In this document: in pieces, positions 54,055-64,000 of the stretch
Numbering within the stretch: position 1 is the stretch's first letter
How the letters are laid out: every line of letters begins with the position of its first letter
Source: Bugula neritina
Lineage: Eukaryota; Animalia; Bryozoa
Length of the DNA: 64,000 nucleotides
NCBI GenBank assembly: GCA_964035545.1
Contig: OZ037771.1
Coordinates: 5,551,190-5,615,189 of the forward strand
Direction of reading: 5' to 3'
Notes under the pieces: generated by a model
Told to the model about the DNA's origin: nothing
The model's input: only the letters and a program-made list of their open reading frames with translations
Database searches by the model: none
Program-made: the position numbers and the translations under genes

Positions 54055-55428
54055 TCAACATTGCAGATCCAGCAATTTTAACCTAGTAATATCAGCTATA
54101 CCAAGCAAATTTTCAGTAGAGTTTTCCAATACATAAATCTTGGTATCCACAAATCTGTTGAAGTCGCCAATGCAAACCTTAGCTCTGCCTAGCACATTCA
54201 CCAAAGACTTATCAACACCTGTAATATGCTTATCTGGTTCCTTTAATTTAATGTTCAGCTTTTCTGCAGTCGCCTCAGTAAGTGTAGAAACCTCAGACCC
54301 AGTATCTAGCAAGAATTCTACACGTCTACCACTAACTAATAAAGTCCTTGTTATTTTAGGACTGACATTGTGATTATAAGTCCCATCACTCTTTGTAGAA
54401 AACTTCACTGATTTTAGGGAGTCCATAACTCCGATCCTGTTTTCTCTTTGTTCCACATATCTCTTTTTGTGATGATATCTTTTGTTATCAGAACAATCTT
54501 GAGCAATGTGGCCGAATTCCTTGCACATGTAGCAACGGGTTTTAGGACAGTTTCTCACATAATGCCCTGTACGGTCACATCTAAAGCATCTGCCATAACT
54601 TTTGTAAGCATTTTGCGATTTATAACTACAATGTTGATATGAATGACATGCCTCTTTTTTCTTTGAAAAAGAGTTGTCTCTATTGATAGAAGTTGTCTTA
54701 TCATAATTAGATCTATGTAGAACTTTATCTCTTTTCTTACAGTGTTCTGAGCTATCATTAGCTCGGTAAGAATATGTGAGTCTACCAATTGACTGTTCAT
54801 CTATGCATTCATTGTTTATTGCATTTAAAGCATCCTCAGAAAGTTTACTTAAATGTGCAGCACGACTTTTTCTTTTCAGTTGTTCCCAGCTTAGGTTAGC
54901 ATGCTGTAACAAATATCTGCGTAACCCTGAATTTCTTAGACCATTAACTGCTAGTGCGACTGCAAATCCCATTCTAACATCATCATTATTGCCAAAGTTT
55001 ATTGCTCTACTTAGCTTCTCAACTCTTAGCAAATAATCAATTTCATTTTCTCCACAAGATTGGGTCACAGTGACAAATTTCATGGTTTTCACATAAAATG
55101 TATCATCTCTATCATAGTGAGATTGCAGTAAGTCTAAGGCTAACTCATATCCATCATCAGAGTTATTATTCAAATCAAAGCCTAATGATTGTAAAGTATC
55201 AAGACCTTCTGACCCTACAGCTCCTAACAGAACTAAAAGCTTTCTCCTACCTCTAAATCTGCTAACCTGTTCATCTCCTACTACTTCAAACCCTGCATTA
55301 AGGGAAGTAACTTCTATACTCAATTTAAATTGAATGAGCCATGAGTTCCAAGATTTGGTTATGTTGCTTTCATCCAACTTTAATTTAGGAAAAGCATTAA
55401 GGTCTAATTTGATGTCTCCATGAGCCAT
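54055..55428 (-). CDS. gag: Retrotransposon Gag (two CCHC zinc knuckles) fused to aspartic protease, ~457 aa from ATG 55428
   Basis: CFRCDRTGHYVRNC and CYMCKEFGHIAQDC knuckles; FLLDTGSEVS active site and LLG motif; stop immediately after the protease. Confidence 0.9.
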   Translation of the reverse strand: MAHGDIKLDLNAFPKLKLDESNITKSWNSWLIQFKLSIEVTSLNAGFEVVGDEQVSRFRGRRKLLVLLGAVGSEGLDTLQSLGFDLNNNSDDGYELALDLLQSHYDRDDTFYVKTMKFVTVTQSCGENEIDYLLRVEKLSRAINFGNNDDVRMGFAVALAVNGLRNSGLRRYLLQHANLSWEQLKRKSRAAHLSKLSEDALNAINNECIDEQSIGRLTYSYRANDSSEHCKKRDKVLHRSNYDKTTSINRDNSFSKKKEACHSYQHCSYKSQNAYKSYGRCFRCDRTGHYVRNCPKTRCYMCKEFGHIAQDCSDNKRYHHKKRYVEQRENRIGVMDSLKSVKFSTKSDGTYNHNVSPKITRTLLVSGRRVEFLLDTGSEVSTLTEATAEKLNIKLKEPDKHITGVDKSLVNVLGRAKVCIGDFNRFVDTKIYVLENSTENLLGIADITRLKLLDLQC

Positions 55429-55734
55429 ACTACAGGTAAGCACTTTTATTACAGTAAATGAAACAATTTAATTTTAAGCAGCTATCTCGTGATTATGCAC
55501 TGTACTCTCAGTTTCAACCTCTGGGCATCCGTGTCTCTCAAAGTTTAATTCTCGGTTCCTTTCGCCGGCACTCTTATTCTGAATCTATTAGTATTATTTA
55601 TAAATTGCTCAAAAGTCAACACTCACCACCTTTCTCAACAAGCCTCTCAACTCTTTTTCCCAAAAATAAACCTCTGAAGTCTAGTAAACTCCAAACAACA
55701 CACTTCTCTCTTTTGTAACTCTTGTCTCCTCAAT

Positions 55735-55752
55735 ATCCTGCCGACTGCGCCA
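55735..55752 (-). other. Primer-binding site complementary to the tRNA-Ser 3' end
   Basis: TGGCGCAGTCGGCAGGAT abuts the 5' LTR; its complement ATCCTGCCGACTGCGCCA matches animal tRNA-Ser 3' ends (from recall). Confidence 0.8.
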
Positions 55753-55880
55753 TGTAGTGTTAACCTACCAGGCTAAGCTCTAGCTCCAAAGTGTTCCTTG
55801 TTGGCTTTCCTTCGGCTATCACTTGTCAGTAGCTTTAGTACTTGTTAGCTTGTAGCTTGTCAACATCAGATCATCTTACA
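55753..55880 (-). repeat. 5' LTR
   Basis: Identical to 53218-53345; followed by the PBS. Confidence 0.95.
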
Positions 55881-56468
55881 CTGATATCTCAAGTATAAAT
55901 TGCTTACAACTATTCAATTTTAAGCAATAAGCAGTAAATCAAAGTAGTCAGTAGGTGGTTTAAATTTTTTTTACGTATCATTGGTCAATTTGTTGGGAAG
56001 GATTGTGCATGCGGTGACTTAATGTGTATTCATGAAAGCATTTTAAAAGTGAAACTTGCAGTTTCCTGCAAGGTGTTATAACTTATAAGCGTAACACATT
56101 TCTTTAACTGTTGCTAGTTAGCCTATGAATTAAAGTGATTGGTAAATATTGTTATATCTAGCTGAACGGCCAGCTTTGATTGATGTGGCCAGAGGTATAT
56201 TTTGATGACAGAAAAAAATACTAGAAATTTATCAGGATACAAAACATTTAAATTATACATTATTTCGCTTTAGATTAGCTCTGTAACGATGTACAATCTA
56301 CATATCATGTCTATAGAAGTTCTTTACTCTTTTAGTCACTTTCTATCTATCAATTATACATTGAAAAGCATTAGTTAGGATTAGAAGTTTAAAAGTCATT
56401 CAATGTAAAATTCATGAAGTGTTTTGCCGAATAAACAAATTGTATTGGATATTTGAAAGTACATTGAT

Positions 56469-62638
<6,170 letters not shown>

Positions 62639-64000
62639 GGTGACAGCTAGCTGATAAATGATGAGCCTGTGTGTTCATAGTTTAGCAATATGGCTGTCTA
62701 AATAGCTTAAGCATCTGTTTCCTTGTTTCCTCGTTGAAATAACTGCTATTTATTAGTGAGAAACTGGTTTTGCTTTATCAAAAACATATTCAATAAGAAT
62801 TTAATTGGATCAAAACCAGATGCACTGCTTTAGCTACTCCTTGTCGTGGTTGCTACTGTCTTTTTTTATGTTTATTATGCAGTTATATTATAGCAACTAC
62901 AATATAGATTAGACAGCATAATAATAAAGGACTGTATTTATTCAAAGGCAAGAATGTGACAAGTAAAACTTTGAGATACAACTGCAAAAAGGTTAGCTAG
63001 TTAGCTGGTCTAGTTTAAATATAAATTGCTGCTGTAGCTATAGCATTCATATAGTGATACCAAACAAGATCTCTATACACTGTATGATTTTACACTTTTA
63101 ATATGATTAGGTAATTAGTAATTTTTACTGCATTATCAATAATGTCATCGTCTGAACAACAAGCAAACGGCTATCAGTTTGCAATATATTATAATATAGT
63201 ATAATATATATTTTGCTTATAATACAAATTTACAATATCATCATTTAACAATAAATTAAAGAATAGAAGCTCATATAATAAGTGTTGAAGCAATGACATG
63301 GCTGTTACCGAAGGCATTAAAAATGAATTTCAGAAATTACCAGCGCTGTTTAAAACCATACTTTTCTTTTATTTGAATGCTAAAATAGCACTAATCAATA
63401 ATGTACTTTATTTAAAATTAGTTATTATTATGAGATTATATTCTTCTTGAAATATAGGAAACATTTGAAGCAACAATTTTATAATATGCAGTTATCCTCA
63501 AACATGATATCGTCATTTTTAAAATTAGGTATGATCTTAGCATATAAATGAATGGATACAATTTGAGCTTATTTGTCAACAACAATTTTTTTTTTTGGTT
63601 GACTTTGCAAAAAGAGTTGCACTCTACTTTAATTTTTCTGCGAGATTTAACAATTTCCTTCACACCCATGACTGCAGATGCAGTAAATGATTATTGTATA
63701 AACAGAGCTAGTAGTTGTTAGCATCATGGATTACCATATGTTAAACTTACATGACCTTAGATATAGACAATTAGACAATAGCTGTAATGCAGTACAAATA
63801 ATATTACTCTGACTACTTGCCAAGAAGCAGTTATACTGGAAGTCTGTGGACAAGTAAATCAAAGCCTTTGCAATTTAGTGATGTATGAATAATACATTCG
63901 CTATCAAATTACTGTATCTAGTAGATAATGTCAAATAAAACATGGAAGACAACTAGCAATCTACTGTAAAAAGGTCAAACATGCTGCTAAAGGTTTTTCT

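Larger units (their letters stand above)
53218..55880 (-). mobile_element. Young non-autonomous LTR retroelement (2663 bp) encoding Gag+protease only
   Basis: Identical 128-bp LTRs (53218-53345, 55753-55880; TG..CA); TSD CTGAT (53213-17, 55881-85); empty paralogous site at 39342-46; PBS 55735-52; PPT ~53346-59. Confidence 0.95.

Noticed and set aside
54055-55443. Domesticated Gag gene (Arc/PEG10-like)
   Set aside because: Flanked by identical LTRs with a TSD and absent from the paralogous unit, so it is a recent insertion.

Overview
AT-rich eukaryotic (animal, probably invertebrate) genomic DNA with spliced genes; no prokaryotic features. Left 13 kb (+ strand): a 3-exon gene for a small Cys-rich single-pass membrane protein and two tandem 2-exon CD225/dispanin (IFITM/PRRT-like) genes. 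From ~19 kb to the end (- strand): a tandem array of four apparently intact 5-exon Toll-like receptor genes (955-971 aa: signal peptide, LRRNT, LRRs with a ~125-aa non-LRR island, atypical LRRCT, TM, divergent TIR). Copies 2-4 lie in a ~13.9-kb repeat unit that continues past the window end. The spacers carry a decayed TIR-less TLR-like relic (only its first exon between copies 1 and 2), and the spacers between copies 2/3 and 3/4 also carry a truncated Gypsy element. One unit has a very young 2.66-kb LTR element (identical 128-bp LTRs, CTGAT TSD, tRNA-Ser PBS, PPT) encoding only Gag+protease. Several MITEs, a probable solo LTR, tRNA-derived repeats and microsatellites are also present. Exon boundaries were derived by hand from GT/AG sites and phase continuity, and family assignments come from motif recognition, not database searches.
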